Positions 13,168-21,267 of a stretch of 37,214 bases of DNA are shown in pieces; the first letter of the stretch is position 1; every line of letters begins with the position of its first letter. Source of the DNA: a virus; IMG/VR virus record IMGVR_UViG_3300031787_000383. One strand, given 5' to 3'. The notes under the pieces are model-generated. The model did not search any database, was not told the origin of the DNA, and saw nothing but the letters and a program-made list of their open reading frames with translations. The translations under genes were made by a program, and so were the position numbers.

Positions 13168-15113
13168 TTGCCATACACGCTCATCACCTTGGCCTCGACG
13201 GCCAGCGGTAATCCTGTGGCCCACGCTGGTGGGGTCGTCATCATACGCTCAAGCTCTACCTTCGCCGCGTCCGGGTCGGCTGTCTCGACAACGATTTCAT
13301 CGTGGACATGCAGCACAACATCCGGCACCTGCCGCAGCGCCGCCCGTAGGATGTCATGGGCGCTCGCCTGCGTCACGTTCTCGCACGCAAGCCCAGACCA
13401 CAAGCGCGCACGCGGCCATTCGGTCGCGTCAGCCGCAGGCTTCCACGCGGCCTTGGCGTAGGTCAGATGCTCGCCTTCAAACTTAGCGTAGGGGTAGCAG
13501 AGCACGCGCCCGCTCGGCAGCATGTACCAGAGATGCTGTCCGTCATAGACGTAGGTCACGCGGCCCGCGCTGAACTCATGCCCCCGGTGACGCATCGCGG
13601 ACATGTAGGCGTTCTCAAGCGCCTGCCAGAACGCCACCGCCCACGGGTTCGCACGACGCCAGGCGTCAACGATCCGCCGCGCTTGCGGCTCATCAAAGCG
13701 CACGCCGTAGACGCGGCCCATCGCGCTAAACGCGCCGATCGACCCGCCGAACCCGAGCGCTAACTCCTGCACCTTACCGACCTGGCGCTGATCGTCGGTG
13801 ACTGCCTCATACGCCACGCCGTAGGTCGCAGCGGCGTTGACCTTGTACGGGTCAAGCCGCTCGCGGAAGATGTCGAGCTTTTTCTCGCCTGCTGGGCTAT
13901 TCGCCAGCCACGGGTTGACGCGGCCCTCGATAGCCGACCAGTCGGCCACAACAAACTGCTTACCCGGCGCGGGGACCAACGCCGGGCGCAGCATCGACTT
14001 CAGGACGTCGGTGACTCGCGGTCCGTAGGCTGGAACGACGCTGTGGCCTCGTACGAGGGCGTGTCTAAGATCAGCGGGCTTTTTGGCGGCTTTCCGAGGG
14101 AAGTTGTGGACCTGTGCGCCATATGAGCTAGCTCGACCTGTCGCCGCGCCTCCAGCAAATACAAACGCACCTCGGATTCTCTGATCTTCTGCGTCAGCCA
14201 ACGATGCGAGGCGGCTAAACTTCGCAGTCGAGCTTGCCCATAAGTCGTCGGCGCATTGGATAACTTCGGAGACGACGCTCGGTACTTCATCAGGATTCTC
14301 CATCGCAAGCAGGTTTGCCCGCACTGTTTTGTCGATGCTGTCCTTCGGCTCGCCGCCTTTAAATGACTTAGCGAGCTTCCGGGCCTCGGGGCCCAGTCGA
14401 TCTAAGACCCACGCACGCATCTTAGGCGAGCGCACCGACGTGACCATGCCCTCGGTCAACTCCACGACGCGCGCCTCGATTTCCACGCGCTCGGCCTCGC
14501 TGTATCGCATCGCCGCGTGACACAGATCAACATCGACCAGCACGCCCCGGTCGTTGATTCGTTCGTTGACATGGTAATCGGCAAGCTCATCGGCTGACAG
14601 GTCGCGCATGCCCTTGCTGACCGCTCGCATGGCGCGGACGTCTTGACGGCAATACTCGAACAAATCCTGCAAGTCCTGCTCGGTATGTTTAAACGGCGGC
14701 ACACAGCACTTACGGACCAGTTGCGCGCCACGATGGTCTTTCTTCATGCTCGCGCCCGCAAACCGCCCGACGTCTTCGAGCGAACCAGGCGCGCAGTTAG
14801 ACCGGGCTTGTGCTGCGGTGCAATAGAACTGCTCCAGCGCAGGCTCCGGCAGGTCAAGGTCGGGGCAGAGGACATACCAGAGAATCAGTCGGTCAAAGGC
14901 GGCGTTATGGACTCGTATTTGGCCCCCGTTCGCAAAGTGATCGCTGACGCGCTGCGGAAACGGCTGGCCTGGCATCCATATATCTACTTCTTCATCGTCA
15001 AACGCATACGCCAGACACAATATTTCCGTTGATGCGTCTCTTGCATAGTTATATGGCCCTCGCGCCCTAAGATCGCAGCGGCTGCGCGTTTCGCTGTCAA
15101 GCCAAAGAATCAT
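13164..15113 (-). CDS. Family A DNA polymerase with 3'-5' exonuclease domain (649 aa)
   Basis: Exo I LWLDSETRS; motif A DWSAIEGRV; motif B RQVGKVQELALGFGGS; motif C HVHDEIVVE. The ATG overlaps the HNH stop (ATGA). Confidence 0.92.
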   Translation of the reverse strand: MILWLDSETRSRCDLRARGPYNYARDASTEILCLAYAFDDEEVDIWMPGQPFPQRVSDHFANGGQIRVHNAAFDRLILWYVLCPDLDLPEPALEQFYCTAAQARSNCAPGSLEDVGRFAGASMKKDHRGAQLVRKCCVPPFKHTEQDLQDLFEYCRQDVRAMRAVSKGMRDLSADELADYHVNERINDRGVLVDVDLCHAAMRYSEAERVEIEARVVELTEGMVTSVRSPKMRAWVLDRLGPEARKLAKSFKGGEPKDSIDKTVRANLLAMENPDEVPSVVSEVIQCADDLWASSTAKFSRLASLADAEDQRIRGAFVFAGGAATGRASSYGAQVHNFPRKAAKKPADLRHALVRGHSVVPAYGPRVTDVLKSMLRPALVPAPGKQFVVADWSAIEGRVNPWLANSPAGEKKLDIFRERLDPYKVNAAATYGVAYEAVTDDQRQVGKVQELALGFGGSIGAFSAMGRVYGVRFDEPQARRIVDAWRRANPWAVAFWQALENAYMSAMRHRGHEFSAGRVTYVYDGQHLWYMLPSGRVLCYPYAKFEGEHLTYAKAAWKPAADATEWPRARLWSGLACENVTQASAHDILRAALRQVPDVVLHVHDEIVVETADPDAAKVELERMMTTPPAWATGLPLAVEAKVMSVYGK

Positions 15114-15610
15114 GCGCACCACCACACATAGCCGTACGCGGGGCGATTGCGCTTCATCGCGCCGCTGATGCCGCCTGTTTGTTTTCCTCGCATGGCAATC
15201 TCCGCGTCAATTTGACTCTCAAAAGCCACTATTTCTTTAGTGTGCAGATTGATGCCCATGATGCGTTTTTCTGGCTTGACGCGACGGCCTGCGGCTAGCG
15301 CATGACGTACGTTTTCTTTGCGGGTTACCCACTCTAAATTTTCAGCTCGATTGTCGGATCGCAAAAAATTTTTGTGGTTAACTTCACGACATCCGTGCGG
15401 GTTTTCGAGAAACGATTGCGCGACAAGCTGATGAATGGTCTTTACCGATCGAGTGTGTTTGCCACCTGAATATAAATGCACGCAGACGTACTCATGGATC
15501 ATCTTATTAGGCTTCAATATGCGGTTTAGTTGCGTCGACCGAACGCGCCCTTGATCGCTCACTTCATATCGCCCTTCATAGCCAGGGATAGCTTTCCAAA
15601 CTTCTTGCAT
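15110..15610 (-). CDS. Free-standing HNH homing endonuclease (NUMOD4-like N-terminus + HNH)
   Basis: WKAIPGYEGRYEVSDQGRVRS...; EVNHKNFLRSDNRAENLEWVTRKEN. The gene looks less GC-rich than its neighbours by eye. Confidence 0.88.
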   Translation of the reverse strand: MQEVWKAIPGYEGRYEVSDQGRVRSTQLNRILKPNKMIHEYVCVHLYSGGKHTRSVKTIHQLVAQSFLENPHGCREVNHKNFLRSDNRAENLEWVTRKENVRHALAAGRRVKPEKRIMGINLHTKEIVAFESQIDAEIAMRGKQTGGISGAMKRNRPAYGYVWWCA

Positions 15611-15620
15611 GGTTCACCAA

Positions 15621-15701
15621 ACAAAAAGCCCTGGTCTGCATTCTCACCCTTGCGGGCGTTGGCGGACTCGAAGGTATCGAGCAGAATGCAGAACAGGGCT
15701 T
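15621..15701 (-). terminator. Long-stem intrinsic terminator on the leftward transcript, immediately upstream of the HNH start
   Basis: 19-bp stem with one mismatch (15626-15644 pairs with 15683-15701). Its 38-nt apex holds two small hairpins. The stem is followed on the minus strand by TTTTTGTTTGG. Confidence 0.7.
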
Positions 15702-15847
15702 ACCTTTGACGCGCCGCCAAGCGCATGTGAACTGTAGCATAAATGCCCGTCTTTCCGGGCTGTCAGCTTGCCCCCGCCCGAGGAGACACTGCACGAGGGC
15801 GTGACAAGCTGCCGGTGTTTCACGCCACCGCCGGCTGGGCGTCACTA

Positions 15848-16489
15848 TCAGGCCGCGCGCCGGCGACGGCGTGGGCCTTCAGGGTTCTCAGCGGCAGGGG
15901 TATCCAATTTTTGGACATCCTCACCATCCATCGACACCCATTCGACGATCTCAAAGACCGGCGTGTAGATGCGACCGTACGACTTATGCTGATAGTGATC
16001 CTTGCCCAGCGTCACGATCGGCACGGGGCGCTCTGGATCCTTCTCTACCTGCGCCGCGATGGCCACGGCAAGCGTCTGCACGGCGCGCTTACCGCCCACT
16101 GACGTGGTGGTGTAGCGGCACTCAAGACCCGCGTCTTCACCAGACAGGCACTTCAGCATCAACCCTACCTGCTGCTCCCAGCCCTTCTTCGCGCTTGGGG
16201 GCGCGGCGTCAAGCTCGGGCAACGGTTGGGTCACAGACGACATCTTTTCGGCCAGCACCTCACCGTCGCCCCACGCGATAAAGCCATGGACAAACGAGAA
16301 GGGGTTGACCGCCCAGCGGGCGTCGTCTTCAGCTTCGGTCTGATCGGCGCCATAGACCCAATGGCCCGTCTTGTCCATCTTGATGATGGCAGACGACATG
16401 GGCGCTACGGTTTCTAGCGTGCGAAGGCTGGTGGCGAGCGTTTGAACAGCGGGAAGACCTGCTTGAGCGAACTTTACGAGATTGGACAT
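15848..16489 (-). CDS. Hypothetical replication-module protein (213 aa); it occupies the position where an SSB or annealing protein is usually found
   Basis: ORF track; lies between the nuclease and polymerase genes. No motif recognised. C-terminus is PRRRRRAA. Confidence 0.7.
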   Translation of the reverse strand: MSNLVKFAQAGLPAVQTLATSLRTLETVAPMSSAIIKMDKTGHWVYGADQTEAEDDARWAVNPFSFVHGFIAWGDGEVLAEKMSSVTQPLPELDAAPPSAKKGWEQQVGLMLKCLSGEDAGLECRYTTTSVGGKRAVQTLAVAIAAQVEKDPERPVPIVTLGKDHYQHKSYGRIYTPVFEIVEWVSMDGEDVQKLDTPAAENPEGPRRRRRAA

Positions 16490-16498
16490 GACTTTTCC

Positions 16499-17572
16499 TT
16501 AGACAAGTTTAGAGAGGGCCGCAGTCAACTGCTGCCCGATTAGCACCTTCGCTGGCCGAGGATCGCTCTCCGGTGCGATGGTGTCGCCAGAACTGACAGA
16601 AACCGTCAGACCCTCGGGCAGTTTGAGCTTGTGCGTCTTCAGCACCTTCTCAACCTGCGCGGGACTCTTTAAGTCCATCAGTTCAGACTCCGCGACGCCA
16701 AGGGCGACAATCGCCTCCTTGGCCTCTTGTTCTTTAGCCCACGAGCGCTGAGCGCGCTTCGGTACAAGTTTATACCCTGGCACCTGGCCGCCTTTCTCAA
16801 GCACCGCGAGCGCCGCCTTACGCGCGGCGTCGATGACCGCCTCGACCCGCTCAGCGTCTTGCAGGATAGCAGCAATCGCCTGTATCGGCAGCGCGTCGAG
16901 CTCCGCCTTGATCAGACGGTCGCGCGCGCCGTTCATCGCCGGGCAGATGATCTTGGCCGGGCACCACTTGCAGTGCTCGCCTGCGTGGGGTGCGGTGTCC
17001 CGCTCGGCAGCGGCAAGGGCCATGCGCAGCTCATGCTCGAACTCACGCAGACGCGCCTTGTCAGTCACCCAGCGCCGCACGACCGGCGGTTGCACGATGA
17101 TGAGCTCAACGAATGTCCGGTCACGGAAGGCCCAATGGTCGCACGACAGCGCCGCAGCGGCGTAGAAGAGCAACTGATAGTTCTCTGCTGCTGTCACCTG
17201 GTGCCCGTCGCCGGTCTTCCAGTCGAGCACGTATGCAGTGTCTTTGTCGAGCACGCCAATCATGTCGACAGTGCCGAACACGTCGGGGTTCCACAGATAG
17301 TGGACGCGCTTCTCAAGATCGAAGAGCGCCTCGGCGTGCGGGTCGACCTCGTTGTCGAACAGATTCAGCGCGGCCAGCACCTTCTCGTCGTCGATGTTGC
17401 GCGAGTCGATCTTCTCTTCCAACACCGCTTGCAGCAGCTCGTGCCGGCGTGTGCCTTCGCGCATGTCATCGTTTTCTTCTTGCGCGGGCATCTGCTGCGA
17501 GAGCTTGACGCTGGCCGGACATTTGATGACGCGCTCGGCGGACGACCCACCTACGATTTTAGAATGGCTCAT
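16499..17572 (-). CDS. PD-(D/E)XK, Cas4-like exonuclease (357 aa)
   Basis: GTVDMIG...YVLDWKTG nuclease core and a C-terminal Cys cluster HCKWCPAKIICP, as in Cas4/DUF2800-type phage nucleases. Confidence 0.82.
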   Translation of the reverse strand: MSHSKIVGGSSAERVIKCPASVKLSQQMPAQEENDDMREGTRRHELLQAVLEEKIDSRNIDDEKVLAALNLFDNEVDPHAEALFDLEKRVHYLWNPDVFGTVDMIGVLDKDTAYVLDWKTGDGHQVTAAENYQLLFYAAAALSCDHWAFRDRTFVELIIVQPPVVRRWVTDKARLREFEHELRMALAAAERDTAPHAGEHCKWCPAKIICPAMNGARDRLIKAELDALPIQAIAAILQDAERVEAVIDAARKAALAVLEKGGQVPGYKLVPKRAQRSWAKEQEAKEAIVALGVAESELMDLKSPAQVEKVLKTHKLKLPEGLTVSVSSGDTIAPESDPRPAKVLIGQQLTAALSKLV

Positions 17573-17799
17573 GGCTGCCCCACGCTAACACGACCACCAA
17601 CGCCGCGTGACCACAAGAAGTCCACGCTCTCAACAGCGCCCAACGCGAGCAGGTCTGCTGCCGTGTACAGCGTCATGTTGTGACGCGGGTAGCCGGGGCC
17701 GACGAAGATTTCTTTATTGCGGTAGTGCGGCACGTAAGTAATCCCGCGCAACACGTACACCGTTTGCTCGTGCGTCTGCACTTGTTTGTTCTGGTCCAT
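17569..17799 (-). CDS. Hypothetical protein (76 aa from ATG 17799; the ORF track extends to 17853)
   Basis: ATGA overlap with the nuclease start. The longer start would lie inside the divergent promoter palindrome. Confidence 0.5.
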   Translation of the reverse strand: MDQNKQVQTHEQTVYVLRGITYVPHYRNKEIFVGPGYPRHNMTLYTAADLLALGAVESVDFLWSRGVGGRVSVGQP

Positions 17800-17823
17800 C
17801 GCGCTCACTTCAATCTCCTGTAG

Positions 17824-17871
17824 TTGACTAACGGAAACCGCATGGTATACCATCGCTTTGAAGTTTGCAAC
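17824..17871. promoter_or_regulatory. Divergent promoter/operator region centred on the 12-bp palindrome ATGGTATACCAT (17842-17853)
   Basis: Rightward promoter: TTGACT (17824-17829), 16 nt, TATACC. Leftward promoter: TTGCAA (17870-17865), 15 nt, TATACC. Both -10 elements fall within the palindrome. Confidence 0.4.
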
Positions 17872-18354
17872 GGCATAAACTTTAAAGCATGCGGGAGATC
17901 AAAAATTTTAGAGATCGTGCCTCTTTCACTTAAACAAGCGCAGGGCTTTGTGGCGCAACATCATCGGCATAACAAGCCGCCAATAGGGCATAAGTTTAGC
18001 CTTGGCGTGATGGTTGACGGCGCGCTTGTGGGTGTAGCTGTGGCCGGGCGTCCAGTAGCGCGCGCGTTGGATGACGGGCGCACGTTAGAAGTCACTCGAA
18101 CTTGCACCGACGGCACGCCCAACGCTAATTCTAAGTTGTACGGCGCAGTCACTCGGGCAGCTAAAGCGATGGGGTACAAGCGGTTGGTGACGTACACGCA
18201 AGCAGATGAGACTGGCGCTTCGTTGCGTGCGTCTGGCTGGAAAGCTCAAGCGGCGCTTGCACCCCGTGCCGGTTGGTCGTGCGCGTCAAGGCCGCGCAAT
18301 GATATTGGATCGTCAAACATCGCGCGCGTGCGCTGGGAGATTTACTTTGCTTGA
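17842..18354 (+). CDS. GNAT-like (XF1762-type) putative acetyltransferase; start uncertain (ATG 17842, GTG 17917, or ATT 17905 with a well-spaced GGGAG)
   Basis: LEIVPLSLKQAQGFVAQHHRHNKPPIGHKFSLGV...GVAVAGRPVARALDDGRTLEVTRTCTDG..NANSKLYGA matches the remembered family pattern. Confidence 0.65.
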   Translation: MVYHRFEVCNGINFKACGRSKILEIVPLSLKQAQGFVAQHHRHNKPPIGHKFSLGVMVDGALVGVAVAGRPVARALDDGRTLEVTRTCTDGTPNANSKLYGAVTRAAKAMGYKRLVTYTQADETGASLRASGWKAQAALAPRAGWSCASRPRNDIGSSNIARVRWEIYFA

Positions 18355-18622
18355 ACGCGACATAGAGAGATACCTGGTCAAGCGCGTAAAGGAGCTGGGC
18401 GGCGCGGCGTATAAATTCGTCTCGCCCTCGAACCGTGGCGTGGCAGACAGGCTGGTGGTGCTGCCGCAAGGCGTGGTGTGGTTTGTGGAAGTGAAGAAGG
18501 TGGGTGGCCGCATGTCCACGCTGCAAGAGCTTTTTAAGCGCGACATGCTGAAGCTCGGCCAGAACTATATGACGCTGTGGGACATGGACGATGTGGACAC
18601 GTTTATCAAGGGGGTGAAATGA
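18347..18622 (+). CDS. VRR-NUC domain nuclease (91 aa from TTG 18347; alternative ATG 18299)
   Basis: LERDIERYLVKRVKELGG...RGVADRLVVLPQGVVWFVEVKKVGGRMSTLQ. GGGAG lies 7 nt upstream of the TTG. Confidence 0.78.
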   Translation: MLERDIERYLVKRVKELGGAAYKFVSPSNRGVADRLVVLPQGVVWFVEVKKVGGRMSTLQELFKRDMLKLGQNYMTLWDMDDVDTFIKGVK

Positions 18623-19131
18623 GCCTTGACGCAATGAAACAAGCCTTGGAGGCGTTAGAGCGAGGCGAAACTAAATTGCGCTATGAAGCGATCACCGCTC
18701 TCCGCGCTGCAATCGAGCAGGCGCAGGCGCAGGAGCCGGTGGCTTGGGTTGAGCCAGAGTTCTGGAGTTACCTTGAGCGATCTAACTGTGGAACCGCATA
18801 TCGACTGCCTGATGGAGCAAGACAACCCCTCTACACCACCCCACCCGCAGCACCTGTGCAGGAGCCGGTGGCGTGGACAAGTCTGACTGAGATTGACTGG
18901 GCTAGGCGAGAGCCCGGTAGGGCCGGATCGTTTTGGGCCATACCAAACGACCCAACGAAGGAAATAGCCCTCTACACCGCACCGCGCCAATGGGTCGGGC
19001 TGACGGAGGAGGAAGTTGAGCAGATCGCAGCACAAGTTTGGTTTGGTGGCGCAAGCGCAGGACATGAGCGATTTGCGAAGTTAATTGAAGCAAAACTAAA
19101 GGAGAAGAACGATGTTCTACGGTCAGTGTAA
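18619..19131 (+). CDS. Hypothetical protein (170 aa) with internal QEPVAW/LYT-P duplication and C-terminal EAKLKEKN
   Basis: ATGA overlap with the VRR-NUC stop (internal start of ORF 18577..19131). Confidence 0.7.
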   Translation: MSLDAMKQALEALERGETKLRYEAITALRAAIEQAQAQEPVAWVEPEFWSYLERSNCGTAYRLPDGARQPLYTTPPAAPVQEPVAWTSLTEIDWARREPGRAGSFWAIPNDPTKEIALYTAPRQWVGLTEEEVEQIAAQVWFGGASAGHERFAKLIEAKLKEKNDVLRSV

Positions 19132-19333
19132 TGCCTGCGGCGAACGATGGAGTCTTGGAACGGCAAGCACCTGCAAGTGCCCAGACCTTGTGACTTGGGA
19201 TGCCTCCGCATTCAAAAAGCCGTGGCAAGGGCTGAACTTCGACGAGCTTCCAGACCATGAGTTTGGGAACCGAGACTTCATTCTCGGCGCACGCTGGGCA
19301 GAAGCAAAGCTGAAAGAGAAAAATGCGCCTTAG
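19112..19333 (+). CDS. Hypothetical Cys-containing protein (73 aa) ending AEAKLKEKNAP
   Basis: AAGGAG lies 7 nt upstream of the ATG at 19112. Confidence 0.6.
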   Translation: MFYGQCNACGERWSLGTASTCKCPDLVTWDASAFKKPWQGLNFDELPDHEFGNRDFILGARWAEAKLKEKNAP

Positions 19334-20612
19334 ACCTTACCAAAACGAGGCCGCTGACTTCTTGTTTGCCAACGACCGCGCGATGATCCTCGCGTGGGTC
19401 GGTGCAGGCAAGACAGCGACTGCGCTCACGGCCATGAAAGCGATGCTGGACGAGCGCCACGCCAAGCGTTTTCTCGTGCTCGCACCGCTGCGAGTCGCGC
19501 AGTCGGTCTGGCCGGCGGAAGCGGCGCTCTGGGCGCCAGGTCTTGAGATCGCCGTCGCCGTCGGCTCGCCCGCCCAACGAGCGCGGGCACTCGCGTCCAC
19601 CGCGCCAGTAGTCGTCACCAACTACGACAACCTGCTATGGCTGTCTGAGCAGGCGCTCAACTTTGATGCGGTTGTGTTCGACGAGCTGACGCGGCTCAAG
19701 AACCCCAGCGGTAAACGGTTCAAGGCGCTCTCGACCGTCATCGAGCCCATGCAAATCCGGTGGGGGCTGACAGGCAGCTTCACGTCTAACGGTCTGGAAG
19801 ATGTGTTCGGTCAGTGCAAGATCGTTGACCAGCGCATGCTGGGCCGCAGCAAAGGCGCGTTTCTGCAGCAATACTTCCACTGCGTCAACCGCGACTTTGG
19901 TGATTACGTCGCGCTGCCTAACGCGCTGGAAGCGGTCATGCAGCGCATCAAACCGTGGACGTATGTACTGGAGCCTGGCGAGTACCGCGACCGCCTGCCG
20001 CCGCTCCACACGGTGCCGATCGAGCTGACCATGCCGATGGACGCCTACCGCGAGATGAAGCGCGAGATGGCACTGATCTACCCCAACGCCGAGGTCATCG
20101 CCGCCAACGCCGCAGCGGTCACGAGCAAGTTGCAGCAGCTCGCTGCTGGGTTTGTCTACGACACGAACCGACAAACTGTCTGGCTGTCAGACCACAAGCT
20201 CGATGCGGTCGCGGATTTGCACGCCGAGAACCAGCGTGCGCCGATGCTCGTCTGGTATCAGTTCAAGGCGGAGCTTGCCGGGCTACAGTCGCGCTTCCCG
20301 CGCTTGCAGACGCTCGCCAACGACGACTCGATCGCGCGGTGGAACGCGGGGCAGATTGAGATGCTGGCGGTTCATCCGGCCTCTGCCGGGCATGGGCTCA
20401 ACCTGCAAGGGCAGTCGCGCATGGTGTGGATGTCGCTCCCGTGGTCGCTGGAGCTCTACGAGCAGGCGGTCGGGCGCTTGCATCGCGGCGGCCAGCGCCA
20501 TGACGTGCTGAATTATGTGCTCACGACCGAGGGCACGGTCGATGAAACGATCTGGAAGGCTTTACATGAGAAACGAGAGGTATCTGATATGGCACTAGAG
20601 GCGCTCAAATGA
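19323..20612 (+). CDS. SNF2-family (SF2) helicase/ATPase (429 aa)
   Basis: LRPYQ; GAGKT Walker A; DELT box; C-terminal helicase motifs (GLNLQ, QAVGRLHRGGQ). Confidence 0.9.
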   Translation: MRLRPYQNEAADFLFANDRAMILAWVGAGKTATALTAMKAMLDERHAKRFLVLAPLRVAQSVWPAEAALWAPGLEIAVAVGSPAQRARALASTAPVVVTNYDNLLWLSEQALNFDAVVFDELTRLKNPSGKRFKALSTVIEPMQIRWGLTGSFTSNGLEDVFGQCKIVDQRMLGRSKGAFLQQYFHCVNRDFGDYVALPNALEAVMQRIKPWTYVLEPGEYRDRLPPLHTVPIELTMPMDAYREMKREMALIYPNAEVIAANAAAVTSKLQQLAAGFVYDTNRQTVWLSDHKLDAVADLHAENQRAPMLVWYQFKAELAGLQSRFPRLQTLANDDSIARWNAGQIEMLAVHPASAGHGLNLQGQSRMVWMSLPWSLELYEQAVGRLHRGGQRHDVLNYVLTTEGTVDETIWKALHEKREVSDMALEALK

Positions 20613-20761
20613 ACCGATGGACTGAACAACTAAAGGCCGCTCGGGCCGAAGCGCGCATACGGCAGCGGGAGTTCAACGCCGCCCAACGCGCGCTCAACCG
20701 GGTGCTTGCGGAGATTGCAAAACTGGAGAAGCGAATTGAACTCGCTTCGAAGGCGGGGTAG
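20609..20761 (+). CDS. Small coiled-coil protein (50 aa)
   Basis: Hand-translated (MNRWTEQLKAARAEARIRQREFNAAQRALNRVLAEIAKLEKRIELASKAG). ATGA overlap with the SNF2 stop. Confidence 0.5.
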   Translation: MNRWTEQLKAARAEARIRQREFNAAQRALNRVLAEIAKLEKRIELASKAG

Positions 20762-20763
20762 AC

Positions 20764-20961
20764 ATGAATCTTAGCTGGCGGGATTTGCAGAGGAAACTTA
20801 ATCAACTAACGGAGAGTGAACTATGGCAACTGATCGAAGCGGAACTGGCAGGCAAGAAACGTGTGTCTTTGATCGAGCGGATGCACATGCGGGCGGCAGC
20901 ATTACGCACTACCCGGGAGAGGCTGGATCTCTTGAAACGCGCGACGCGCTCTACGCCGTAG
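20764..20961 (+). CDS. Small helical protein (65 aa)
   Basis: ORF track. The ATG lies 2 nt after the previous stop. Confidence 0.6.
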   Translation: MNLSWRDLQRKLNQLTESELWQLIEAELAGKKRVSLIERMHMRAAALRTTRERLDLLKRATRSTP

Positions 20962-20975
20962 GCGTCGCGACTGAC

Positions 20976-21092
20976 GTGCAGAAGACGTGGCGCCGGTATG
21001 GCTGGGTGCCGCCGTCAGAGCTGCCGGAGTACCATGAGAAGTGGGCGCGCGCCCAACAACCAACACGCATATCGGAGGTGGGACGTGGTTGA
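20976..21092 (+). CDS. Possible small protein (38 aa, GTG start): QKTWRRYGWVPPSELPEYHEKWARAQQ...
   Basis: Fills the gap between neighbouring genes, and its stop overlaps the next start. No clear SD. Confidence 0.3.
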   Translation: MQKTWRRYGWVPPSELPEYHEKWARAQQPTRISEVGRG

Positions 21093-21267
21093 TTACAGCG
21101 AAGGTTACCTGAACCTGAAGCGCATGGTAGACGAGATTTGGCAGGCCATTCTCGACAACGACATGACTCGCGCACGAGACATCTGCGCCGCAGCGGCTGT
21201 TGAAGCACGGCTTCTACGTCATCAGATCGGCTTGCAAAGCGAGAACAGGCATGACAACCAAGGATAA
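21085..21267 (+). CDS. Small protein (60 aa, GTG start)
   Basis: GGAGG lies 6 nt upstream of the GTG at 21085 (internal start of ORF 20998..21267). Confidence 0.5.
   Translation: MVDYSEGYLNLKRMVDEIWQAILDNDMTRARDICAAAAVEARLLRHQIGLQSENRHDNQG

Larger units (their letters stand above)
15110..15847 (-). mobile_element. Probable homing-endonuclease cassette (HNH gene plus 237-bp structured leader) inserted between the 213-aa gene and the DNA polymerase gene
   Basis: This is the only long non-coding gap inside the replication block. It has its own upstream terminator, and both flanking genes are intact. Confidence 0.5.

Noticed and set aside
12571-13461. 296-aa plus-strand ORF across the primase/polymerase junction, and similar long antisense ORFs (16727-17683, 11000-11695, 5640-6365, 2517-3194, 3714-4331, 19635-20174)
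   Set aside because: All lie antisense to genes with strong catalytic motifs, lack SD sequences, and have Arg/Ser/Ala-biased composition. They are treated as GC-driven open frames.
15626-15701. A 76-nt element with a long stem and two internal mini-hairpins, considered as a tRNA or tRNA-like gene
   Set aside because: The 19-bp closing stem, the absence of D/anticodon/T-arm geometry and of the conserved GTTC/GG elements do not fit a tRNA. The U-run after the stem fits an intrinsic terminator.
15110-15847. Group I intron carrying the HNH ORF
   Set aside because: The flanking ORFs (the 213-aa protein and the DNA polymerase) are separate, complete genes. The polymerase starts with its Exo I motif right at the ATG, so there is no split host gene and I could not trace a P1-P9-type core.
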